This document shows positions 8,725 to 16,619 of a stretch of 64,000 nucleotides of DNA, in pieces. The first letter of the stretch is position 1. The number at the start of each line of letters is the position of its first letter. Below the pieces are notes generated by a model, which did no database searches, was not told the origin of the DNA, and saw only the letters and a list, made by a program, of their open reading frames with translations. This DNA comes from a virus. Its lineage: Duplodnaviria > Caudoviricetes. A program made the position numbers and the translations under genes. The stretch lies in the IMG/VR virus record IMGVR_UViG_2574179795_000001, positions 23,063 to 87,062 of that record. One strand, written 5' to 3'.

Positions 8725-9246
8725 TCAGGGGTTGAGGAGTTCGCGGAGCTCGTCGACGGCCTTCTCAGCGTTGGGCTCGTCGCTGATGATGAGCCGGGCC
8801 TGCCGGGTGATGTCGAGGAGGAGTTCCGCCTCACGCTTCCACGCGGCCAGGAGAACATCCTCCGGCTGCTCGTCGGGCCAGATGATGCGCGGCTCGACCC
8901 GCACGGCCTTGCCGTCACGGATCACGACCCGCCACAGGTCCGCGTTCTCCTCCCCCTCGCAGTCCAGCCGGCCAGACCACTCGTGTCCGGGGAAGTCGTC
9001 GACGGCCTTCTGGACCTGGGCCATGAGGTTCCGGCAGTTGTACTCGCTGATCTCCCGCATGACCAGGGCCGAGGCGGACTTGCGGACAAGCTGCCCGTCT
9101 TCGGTGTCGACCGCGGTCGCCTCGACGCGCAGGACCAGGTCGCTCGCGTCCCAGCGCGGGGAGGCGAACGGACTGTCCTTGATCTCGCGCCAGGACAGCG
9201 GCGGCGTGATCGTGAACTGGCCGCTGACTTTGGTTGTGTAGCCCAT
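8725..9246 (-). CDS. DUF6205-like actinophage protein (173 aa)
   Basis: MGYTTKVSGQFTITPPLSW...GRLDCEGEE..DLWRV pattern; GAAGGA SD. Confidence 0.75.
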   Translation of the reverse strand: MGYTTKVSGQFTITPPLSWREIKDSPFASPRWDASDLVLRVEATAVDTEDGQLVRKSASALVMREISEYNCRNLMAQVQKAVDDFPGHEWSGRLDCEGEENADLWRVVIRDGKAVRVEPRIIWPDEQPEDVLLAAWKREAELLLDITRQARLIISDEPNAEKAVDELRELLNP

Positions 9247-9269
9247 GGCTGGTCCTTCCGGCTGGGTGG

Positions 9270-9566
9270 TCAGGTGCGGGGCTGGATGTGCGAGATGGTG
9301 GCCGGCGGACGTTCGCGGTTTACGGGGATCGCGGGCGGCTGCTCGGCTCGGCGCTGCTCGGCCTGCTCCCGGATCACGTCCAGTTTCCGCCGGCCGCAGC
9401 AGTGACAGCTCAACAGTCCGGCGAAGAACTCCAGCTCCGGGTTGGCGGCGATGAGCCACGCCGGGTCGGAGCTGAAGCCGGGCCTCCATGTGGCGCCGCA
9501 GGTGCAGGTTCGGCCGGTTGGGCGGGGAGGAGTGGGGCGGGTGAAGCGGATGACGTTGTCGCCCAT
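9270..9566 (-). CDS. Hypothetical Cys protein (98 aa)
   Basis: GAGGAGG SD; CTCG...CHCC. Confidence 0.6.
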   Translation of the reverse strand: MGDNVIRFTRPTPPRPTGRTCTCGATWRPGFSSDPAWLIAANPELEFFAGLLSCHCCGRRKLDVIREQAEQRRAEQPPAIPVNRERPPATISHIQPRT

Positions 9567-9637
9567 CGGGGCCTCCTCGGGTGGGTGGGCCCGGCCGCAG
9601 GTGACGGCCGGGCGGGGGTCAGCTGGTGGTTTCGGCG

Positions 9638-9811
9638 CTACTGCTCCAGGACGTATCCGGTGTGGAGGAGCCTGGTGGTGAGGCGGACGGCCCAGTTGCC
9701 GGTGGCGGCATCCACGACATCGACGCTGGTCGAGTTCACTGTGACGATGCGGATCCGCCGGTCGTCGCGGCGGTTGCGGGACCGGTAGACCTGGTTGGGC
9801 TCGGTGTGCAT
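9638..9811 (-). CDS. Microprotein (57 aa, not in ORF track), DUF6354-like
   Basis: Manually translated MHTEPNQVYRSRNRRDDRRIRIVTV...DVVDAATG...GYVLEQ; AAGGAG SD. Confidence 0.7.
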   Translation of the reverse strand: MHTEPNQVYRSRNRRDDRRIRIVTVNSTSVDVVDAATGNWAVRLTTRLLHTGYVLEQ

Positions 9812-9874
9812 GATCTGCTCCTTGTTGGCGCTTCGGGGTTTGGGGTGGCTGCCGGGGCAGCCGGGCGGGGGCGG

Positions 9875-10165
9875 TCAGTTGAGCGGTCGAACCTGCGCGA
9901 ACTCGATGCCGTAGCGCTCTGTGGCGTCCTGACATAGCTGGTTGAGGTGCTTCCCGCAGGAGTACTTGCCAGCCGCGTTCTCACCGGCGTCGATCTGCGC
10001 CTGGGTGGCGAACAGCACCTTCCACTTCGCGTAGTCGGAGCACAGGTACTTGCCGTGGGAGAAGCCGTCGCACTTCGGGAAGCGTTGCTGCGGCTCGTGG
10101 TCGGCGGTCTTCGGCATGTTGTCGGCCCCACGCAGCAGGGTGGTGAGGGCAGTGGTGTTGGTCAT
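9875..10165 (-). CDS. Hypothetical Cys/His protein (96 aa)
   Basis: C...C...CGKH. Confidence 0.7.
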   Translation of the reverse strand: MTNTTALTTLLRGADNMPKTADHEPQQRFPKCDGFSHGKYLCSDYAKWKVLFATQAQIDAGENAAGKYSCGKHLNQLCQDATERYGIEFAQVRPLN

Positions 10166-10389
10166 CGGGACTCCAGGTGGGCGAGGACTGCGCTGGTGGT
10201 GCGGATCGGTCGGGGTGCGCCGCTGGTCCAGCGGGCGTGGCCGTTGAGGCCGAATGCCACGGTGAACGCCTTCCGGCCGCGCTTGCGGTACTCGACGGTG
10301 TTCATCAGGTCGTCGCGGGAGTGGATGGTCCAGCCGTTGGCCTGGGCGTGCGTGGTGATCCGGCGCTCGTTCGGCGTGGGGTCGGCCAT
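10162..10389 (-). CDS. Hypothetical protein (75 aa)
   Basis: In operon, GAGGA SD. Confidence 0.65.
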   Translation of the reverse strand: MADPTPNERRITTHAQANGWTIHSRDDLMNTVEYRKRGRKAFTVAFGLNGHARWTSGAPRPIRTTSAVLAHLESR

Positions 10390-10390
10390 G

Positions 10391-10735
10391 TCAGACGTCC
10401 TCGGCTTCGGCAAGGTCCCAGCAGTGGTTGCAGATGTCGGAGCCGATCGGCCAGGTGCCGTCGTTCGGCCTGGCGCAGTCAGCGCAGCCAAGTCCCTCGC
10501 CGTCTTCGATGACGGGCGGCTTGGCGAGGATCTCGTTGTTCGCCTCGGCGATGGCCGCAGCGATGGTGCTGGCGCACCAGGTGCCGAAGTGCGGGCCGCC
10601 GTACAGGTACCAGCCGGTGTCGGGGCACCCGTCGCACGGGTTCTTACGGCGCTTCTCCAGCTCGTAGCTGGTTCCTTCGTGCGTGGCGTGGTAGCGGCCG
10701 TCGTCGGCTTTGCTGAAGTCGATGCGACTGGCCAT
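10391..10735 (-). CDS. Hypothetical Cys protein (114 aa)
   Basis: TGATG coupling; CDGC, CADC, CNHC. Confidence 0.7.
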   Translation of the reverse strand: MASRIDFSKADDGRYHATHEGTSYELEKRRKNPCDGCPDTGWYLYGGPHFGTWCASTIAAAIAEANNEILAKPPVIEDGEGLGCADCARPNDGTWPIGSDICNHCWDLAEAEDV

Positions 10736-11529
10736 CAGCTCTCGTCCCCGGCCGAGCAGTCCTCGCAGGTGTCGGCGGGCTGCTCCTCGTGGTCCCGGCA
10801 GATGGCCAGCACCTTGTACTCGCCGTCGGGGTCGTAGTCGTCGTCGGCGGGGTCGGTCAGGCGCGTGACGGCTTCGGCGGCGACCTCGTACCGGCAGTCT
10901 CCGGTGTAGGTGAAGCCCCCGGCGTACTCGTCCCAGAGGCCGTAGGTTACGCCGGACTCGCAGCGGGCGGGGACGGGGATCCGTTCGGCGTAGCCGCCGC
11001 GCAGGTCGGCCCTGCCGTGGTCGCAGGGGACGTGGGCACGGAGTCGCTCGATCTGCTCCCCGCATGCGGCGGTGGTCCGGTCGAGTTCGGCGCGCAGCTG
11101 GTCGAGGCGGTCGGTGGCGTCGGTCCGCTCCGGAACGGGCTCGCAGTTGGCGGCGAGCCACTGCAAGCCGCCCTCGACCTCGACGCGCAGCGGCTCGTTG
11201 GCCCAGCGGGACATCTTGACGACGGTGTGGATGGTGCCGTCGGCGACGACGATGCGCTGACCGGGCTTGAAGTCGGTAGTCACAAGGGCCTCCTGGGTCT
11301 CGGCCTGGGTGGAGCGGGCGTTGTTGGCGGCGACAAGGTCGATGTGCGGCTGGCCGCTGCCGGGGCAGTGCTCGTGGCCGCCGGTCCACTGGCCGTTCTC
11401 CCAGACCTCGCGCTTGTGCTTGCGGATCATGCCGTCGCGGAGGCGGATGAGCTGGCCGGTGCCGCAAGTCGCGCAGACCTCGATGTCGCCGTAGTACTTC
11501 CTGACCTTGACGTCCATGAGGTCCTCCAT
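10735..11529 (-). CDS. Multi-domain hypothetical early protein (264 aa)
   Basis: First gene after leftward promoter; CATC...H...CPGSG and HEEQPADTCEDC motifs. Confidence 0.75.
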   Translation of the reverse strand: MEDLMDVKVRKYYGDIEVCATCGTGQLIRLRDGMIRKHKREVWENGQWTGGHEHCPGSGQPHIDLVAANNARSTQAETQEALVTTDFKPGQRIVVADGTIHTVVKMSRWANEPLRVEVEGGLQWLAANCEPVPERTDATDRLDQLRAELDRTTAACGEQIERLRAHVPCDHGRADLRGGYAERIPVPARCESGVTYGLWDEYAGGFTYTGDCRYEVAAEAVTRLTDPADDDYDPDGEYKVLAICRDHEEQPADTCEDCSAGDES

Positions 11530-11547
11530 GCTGCTCGCGACGAGTTA

Positions 11548-11627
11548 ATGTACCTACAGATTGCACCTATGCGAGGCCCTTGTCAAGCCCGTTCGCACAG
11601 GCGATGCTAGATTTATGCACCTACAGA
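11548..11627. promoter_or_regulatory. Divergent promoter with three TG(T/C)ACCTA boxes
   Basis: ATGTACCTACAGA 11548-60, TTGCACCTAT 11561-70, ATGCACCTACAGA 11615-27; minus-strand TTGACA-N17-CAATCT. Confidence 0.7.
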
Positions 11628-11644
11628 AACTGGGAGTCCACAGA

Positions 11645-11836
11645 ATGGCCAGGCCAGCCACCGGCGTCACGAAACTGCGGAACATCCGGGTCCCCGACGG
11701 CCTCTGGGGCGCCGCCAAGGAGAAGGCCGCGAGCGAGGGCCGAACCCTGACCGACGTGATCCTCGCCGCGCTACAGCGCTACGTCTCCACGCCGGCCAAG
11801 GCCCCACCCGGCCCCGCCGAACCCGACGGCCCCTGA
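11645..11836 (+). CDS. Ribbon-helix-helix (CopG/Arc-like) regulator
   Basis: RNIRVPDGLWGAAKEKAASEGRTLTDVILAALQRY. Confidence 0.85.
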   Translation: MARPATGVTKLRNIRVPDGLWGAAKEKAASEGRTLTDVILAALQRYVSTPAKAPPGPAEPDGP

Positions 11837-11865
11837 CCCTTCCCGCCACGACCCCGGAGACCCAC

Positions 11866-12216
11866 ATGCCCGACTTCGATCAACGTGCCCTCGCCGAAGC
11901 CCTACTCGCCGACGCCGCCAAACTCCCCGGCACCCCCAGCCGCACCGAGGTTCTCCTCGAAGCCCTCACCCGCGCCGTCCTTGCGACAACACCCAAGCCG
12001 CCAACCCACCGCGAACGACTCCTCGCGATCATCCGCGAGGCGGGCGGCCGCTGGGACGCCAAGCGGGCCAAGGCCGCCTACTCGACAGCGGACTGGATTC
12101 CCAGCGTCACCAGGGCTCGTCAGGACCTGCAACGACTGGCCGTGGAGGGGCACCTCGTACAGATCGACGGTTCCAAGCCGCCCATGTACGAACTCGCCCG
12201 GCCCGACAGCCCCTGA
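11866..12216 (+). CDS. Winged-helix DNA-binding protein
   Basis: RERLLAIIRE...SVTRARQDLQRLAVEGHLVQ..MYEL. Confidence 0.65.
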   Translation: MPDFDQRALAEALLADAAKLPGTPSRTEVLLEALTRAVLATTPKPPTHRERLLAIIREAGGRWDAKRAKAAYSTADWIPSVTRARQDLQRLAVEGHLVQIDGSKPPMYELARPDSP

Positions 12217-12267
12217 CTCCCAAGCCTCGCGCTACCCTGACCGCCCGATCCGTCCCAGGAGACCGGA

Positions 12268-12444
12268 ATGACCGACCACAGCATCATCACGCCCGGGGAC
12301 GCCGCCCTCATCCGGCGCATCAACCGCCTCTACCTGAGCGGCCTGACCGCAGAGGAAATCGCAGAAGAGCTGAACGAGGACGGCATCTCCAACGACCTCT
12401 TCTACAGGCTCAACCCCATGACGCCAAGGCCGGTCAGCTCCTGA
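12268..12444 (+). CDS. Microprotein (58 aa) resembling the serine-integrase Recombinase-domain HTH
   Basis: Manually translated ALIRRINRLYLSGLTAEEIAEELNEDGI; CAGGAG SD. Confidence 0.6.
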   Translation: MTDHSIITPGDAALIRRINRLYLSGLTAEEIAEELNEDGISNDLFYRLNPMTPRPVSS

Positions 12445-12637
12445 CCCTTCCCGCCGGCCCCGCCCGGGCGTACGGTGGCGTCTCCACCTGGGGACTCCCG
12501 GACAGTCCGTCCGCAGCACCACCGTTCACAGCACGCCCCCGCCAGCCACGCGGGGAATTTCTGCTGCCCGGTCCCGGACATGAGTGAGGCCCCAACGGCA
12601 AACGCCGCGGGGCCCCGATATCGCAGATGCGGGTACG

Positions 12638-13195
12638 TCAGTCCCTGCTGGTGATCTCGCGTGGGTCGCGGCCGAGGTCAGCGCCGTCGACCCAGGTCAC
12701 CTCGTAGCCGAGCCGGTCGGCGTAGTCCCGCGCGGCGGCGGCCTGCTGCTCCGGGCCGTCCTGGTCGATCGGTTCGGGGTTGCGGCGGCGGTACGAGACG
12801 CGCCGCGGGCTCTCGGCCGCACTGCCGGCAAGGGCGGCAGCCCACTCGGCCGTTACCTGCTCCCACGAGTCCGACTGGGGCCACCCCTCGACAAAGCCGA
12901 GTTGGCCGCCCGCCGCGCGCACCTTGCTCTTCCACGCCTGGTACTCGACGAGATGCCGGGAGACCCTGGCGGGTGCGACGGCGACGATCAGCCTGCCGTG
13001 GCAGCGTGCCACGACCCGCTCGAACGCGGAGCCGGCACGGCTGACGCCGATCTCCTCGACCCACTCGGTGATCTCGTGACCGGTCGCGGCCGCCCATTCT
13101 TCGATCCGGCGCTTCTGCAGCTCCCCGGCCCGGGTGTTCGGGTCGGGGGAGCCGACGCGGATGTAGCCGATCACGGGAGGCGGTGGGGTCGTCAT
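12638..13195 (-). CDS. Degenerate serine recombinase/resolvase catalytic-domain protein (185 aa)
   Basis: YIRVGS (YxRxS altered), LQ..RIEEWA...GHEI, ARVSR; second partial repeat SYRR...EQQ..ARDYADRLGYEV. Confidence 0.7.
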   Translation of the reverse strand: MTTPPPPVIGYIRVGSPDPNTRAGELQKRRIEEWAAATGHEITEWVEEIGVSRAGSAFERVVARCHGRLIVAVAPARVSRHLVEYQAWKSKVRAAGGQLGFVEGWPQSDSWEQVTAEWAAALAGSAAESPRRVSYRRRNPEPIDQDGPEQQAAAARDYADRLGYEVTWVDGADLGRDPREITSRD

Positions 13196-13340
13196 GGATT
13201 CACGGTAGCGGCCGGCGCCGTCAACGGAGCCCGAATCCCGGGGCGGCCCCGTAGCGGCCCGTTCCCGGCCTGGGAGTCCCGGAGTGCCAGCCGGGCCCGT
13301 GCGGGCGCCTACGGGGCGATGCGCGACGCCGCACGGGGCA

Positions 13341-13721
13341 TCAGGACCGGAGCAGCCCATGCGCATGCAGAGCCGCGCCGCCGAACTCCCTCGCGACGCC
13401 GTCGCAGAAGCAGCACCGCATATCGCACGCCAAGCCCCGCATCACCAGACCGCTGGGCAACGCCCGCAGGCAGTCACGGCACGCGTACGCACCCGCCGAA
13501 ACCCCCCAGTACATGCCGTCCCCCGGCGCGCCCTCCCTCGGCCCGCACGGGCAGTACCGCGGCGTCCCGTCCTGGTCGTTCCAGTGGACGCGCCACGCCG
13601 ACGGGGCATCGTACGGGCAGGCGCACACCTCGATCAGATGGTCGCCGCTCCAGCGGTCATACCAGGGCACGACCTTCGGGTTGGGGCAGTTCCGCAGGAC
13701 GACGATCGGCAGGTCGGGCAT
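13341..13721 (-). CDS. Cys-rich hypothetical protein (126 aa)
   Basis: GAGGAG SD; many Cys pairs. Confidence 0.55.
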   Translation of the reverse strand: MPDLPIVVLRNCPNPKVVPWYDRWSGDHLIEVCACPYDAPSAWRVHWNDQDGTPRYCPCGPREGAPGDGMYWGVSAGAYACRDCLRALPSGLVMRGLACDMRCCFCDGVAREFGGAALHAHGLLRS

Positions 13722-13868
13722 CTCGTTCTCCTCAGTCGCTTCGGTCACTGCCCGGCCGGCTGACCGACACGGCCCGGTCGAGCACGTCGAGGTGCGCCGG
13801 CAGCCGCTCGTCGAAAGGCAGGGAGGGGAGATGGGGCCGGCCGGGCGGGTCACAGCCGGTCCCTGCGA

Positions 13869-14273
13869 TCAGACCTGGGCGGCCCGGCGTGCCTGCATCC
13901 GGCCGAGACGCTGCTTGTCACTCGGCTGCGCCCACTGGTGCTCGCCGATCCCCGGCGTGAACTGGCGGCCGTGATGGTCCGGGCTGCCACCGCACCAGCG
14001 GCAGCCGTCCGGCGTGGCAGCCTTGTCGTCGACCGGCGTGACTTCCACCCAGCCGGCGAAGTCCGGTGTGGTGTACGAGCCGAGGGCCTCCCATTCGCCG
14101 TTCGGGCCGATTCCTTGCTGCCAGCCGAACGCGACGCCGAGGGTCTCGGAGTAGTGCTCGTACGGTTCGGGCGCGGTACCGGCGTAGGCGACGGTGAACA
14201 GGCCCTCCTTGGACGGGGAGCCATCTTCGAGGTAGTGACGGTAGGTGCGGTCAGCGATGAAGAACTCGGGCAT
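13869..14273 (-). CDS. Phage protein with C-terminal CRWC...H...H domain (134 aa)
   Basis: AAGGAG SD; PDGCRWCG...HGRQF...EHQW..PS..QRLGRMQARR. Confidence 0.7.
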   Translation of the reverse strand: MPEFFIADRTYRHYLEDGSPSKEGLFTVAYAGTAPEPYEHYSETLGVAFGWQQGIGPNGEWEALGSYTTPDFAGWVEVTPVDDKAATPDGCRWCGGSPDHHGRQFTPGIGEHQWAQPSDKQRLGRMQARRAAQV

Positions 14274-14345
14274 GTCACGCTCCTTCGTGCGGTGGTGGGT
14301 TGATTGTGCGCCGCGTGCCCGACCAGGCACACGCAGCACGGCGGG

Positions 14346-15113
14346 TCAGGCGGACTCATCGAACATGATGACCTGATTAGAAAGCCGACGGGCCGCAGCC
14401 TCGGCATACCGCTCATCGGCCTCGATGCCGACCGCACGCCGGCCACACTGCCGGGCCGCGTCCAACGTGCTGCCGGACCCGGCAAACAGGTCCAGCACCA
14501 GACCGCCAGGCGGGCACCCGTACCGGATCAGCGGATCCAGCAGGCCAGCAACAGGCTTCTCTGTCGGGTGAATCGCCCCGTGATGCATCGACCGCGCCTG
14601 AAGCACCGACGTCAGCAGCCGGGTGCCGTCGTCGGCCCACGTCGTCCGCTCGCTGTACGTGCCGAGGTGCTCGGCGCGACTGTCCCGGCTAGCTGCGACA
14701 CGGCTTCGGCGGTCCACGCCCGTGGCCGTGCGCGGCGTCTCGTGGTGCACGTCGCCCCACTTGCCGCGATACCAGTGCAGGGCGTGCTCGTGGATGCGGC
14801 GGAACCGGTCTGCGGCCCGGCTTGAGCCGTTGTGTTTCTCCCAGACGATGTCCTGACTCATGCGCCAGCCGGCTGCGGTGAACTCCGGCCCGTGGGTGAG
14901 GAACATCCGCATGGAGCCGAAGCACCACATGCTGCTGGCCGTGGTGGCGGCGAGGGTGGGCCAGCCGTCGGGCCACCGGTCCCAAGCGAGTGCAGTGTCG
15001 CCGTAGGGCGGGTCGACGACCAGCAGGTCGGCCTGCAGGCCGAGTCCGGGCAGGACCTCGCGGCAGTCACCGAGGTAGAGCCGCACGGTCTCGTCCTGGT
15101 AGTACGGCTCCAC
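14346..15113 (-). CDS. Site-specific DNA methyltransferase (N6-adenine/N4-cytosine, beta class)
   Basis: DPPY before HPTEKP and DLFAGSGST. Confidence 0.93.
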   Translation of the reverse strand: MEPYYQDETVRLYLGDCREVLPGLGLQADLLVVDPPYGDTALAWDRWPDGWPTLAATTASSMWCFGSMRMFLTHGPEFTAAGWRMSQDIVWEKHNGSSRAADRFRRIHEHALHWYRGKWGDVHHETPRTATGVDRRSRVAASRDSRAEHLGTYSERTTWADDGTRLLTSVLQARSMHHGAIHPTEKPVAGLLDPLIRYGCPPGGLVLDLFAGSGSTLDAARQCGRRAVGIEADERYAEAAARRLSNQVIMFDESA

Positions 15114-15208
15114 TGTGGGCCTGCTTTCTCCGGGTTTATTAGCTATTGTCCTGCAGTTTCAGGCGTGACGCTAGGGCTGTGGCAGTGGCAAAACACCTGG
15201 CAGAAGGC

Positions 15209-16603
15209 CTAGTTGGGCTCGTCGCGGGTCATGTCGACGAAGCGGGAGAGATGCCCCTGAAAGGCGACGGTGATCGTCGGCGTCGGCCCGTTGCGGTTCT
15301 TCCCGACGATCAGATCGGCTTCGCCGGCCCGCGGCGACTCCTTCTCGTAGGCGTCCTCGCGGTGGATCAGGATGACCATGTCAGCGTCCTGCTCGATCGA
15401 ACCGGACTCGCGCAGGTCACTCACCACCGGCCTCTTATCTGTGCGCTGCTCCGGCCCGCGGTTCAGCTGCGACAGAGCGATCACTGGGCAGTCCAGCTCC
15501 TTCGCCAGAGTCTTCGAGCCGCGGGAGATGTCCGACACCTCCAGCTGCCGGTTCTCCGCCTTCGAGCCGCCGGAGTTCATCAGCTGCAGGTAGTCGATCA
15601 CGATGCCGCCGAGCTTGTGCTTCTGTGAGAGCCGACGGGCCTTCGTACGGATGTCCATGCCGGTCAGGTGCGAGGACGAGTCGATGTACATCGGCGCCTC
15701 GGTGATCTTCGGCATGACGCGGGCCACCTTGGTCCAGTCGTCGTCGGTCATGTTGCCGGACCGGATGTGATGCAGCGGCACTCGGGCCTCGGCAGAGATG
15801 ATCCGGTCGAGGATTTCGCCGCGCTGCATCTCCAGCGAGAAGATCACCATCGGCAGCTTCTGGCGGATCGTTACCTCCCGAACGATGTCGATCGCCAGCG
15901 TCGACTTGCCCATCGCGGGCCGGGCTGCGATCACGATCATCTGACCGCGGCGCAAACCACCCGTAAGCTCATCCAGGTCCGCGAAGCCGGTCGGGATGCC
16001 TACCAGTTTGTTCTCACGATCGGCGCGGGCCTGCATCTCATCGAGGTGCCCTTCCATCGCGTCAGCGACAAGGACGATCTCCTCGTCCGCCTGCTGATCG
16101 GCGACCTCGAACAGCTCCTTCTGTGCGGCATCGACGAGCTCCGCGACGTCACCCTCCCCCTTGCGGCCCATGTCGACGATCCGCATCCCCGACTCGACAA
16201 GGCGCCGCAGGACGGCCTTGGCGTGGACGATCTCGGCGAAGTACTCGGCGACCGCGCCGACCGGCATCGCGTCGGCGCAGTGATGCACGAACGCGGGGCC
16301 ACCGGCGCCGGCAAGATCCCCGGAGCGGCCGAGTTCGTCGCACACCGAGATCGGATCGGTCGGCTTGCCTGCGGCGAACAGCCGCACGATCGCGGAGAAG
16401 ATCTTTTGATGGACGGGCTTGTACAAGTCCCGCAACTTGATGATCGCGCAGACGTCGCCGATGATGTCGCGGTCGTGCATCATCGCGGCAAGGACGGCGA
16501 GTTCAGCGTACGGGTCATGGGCCGAGTTGTCCGGGATGGTCTGCCCGTCGGGGTTCTGCTCGTGCGGGTCCTCGGGCGGGGGTCCCACCAGGTACATGGT
16601 CAT
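15209..16603 (-). CDS. dnaB: Replicative DNA helicase DnaB
   Basis: IAARPAMGKST, IDYLQL, LSQLNR, DLRESGSIEQDAD, KNRNG. Confidence 0.97.
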   Translation of the reverse strand: MTMYLVGPPPEDPHEQNPDGQTIPDNSAHDPYAELAVLAAMMHDRDIIGDVCAIIKLRDLYKPVHQKIFSAIVRLFAAGKPTDPISVCDELGRSGDLAGAGGPAFVHHCADAMPVGAVAEYFAEIVHAKAVLRRLVESGMRIVDMGRKGEGDVAELVDAAQKELFEVADQQADEEIVLVADAMEGHLDEMQARADRENKLVGIPTGFADLDELTGGLRRGQMIVIAARPAMGKSTLAIDIVREVTIRQKLPMVIFSLEMQRGEILDRIISAEARVPLHHIRSGNMTDDDWTKVARVMPKITEAPMYIDSSSHLTGMDIRTKARRLSQKHKLGGIVIDYLQLMNSGGSKAENRQLEVSDISRGSKTLAKELDCPVIALSQLNRGPEQRTDKRPVVSDLRESGSIEQDADMVILIHREDAYEKESPRAGEADLIVGKNRNGPTPTITVAFQGHLSRFVDMTRDEPN

Positions 16604-16619
16604 GCGGGTCTCCGGTTCG

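Noticed and set aside
12487-13283. Near-repeats CCTGGGGACTCCCGGA (12487) and CCTGGGAGTCCCGGA (13269) flanking the resolvase-like gene, as possible recombination sites
   Set aside because: Short, GC-rich and imperfect, so plausible by chance; the adjacent recombinase looks catalytically degenerate.
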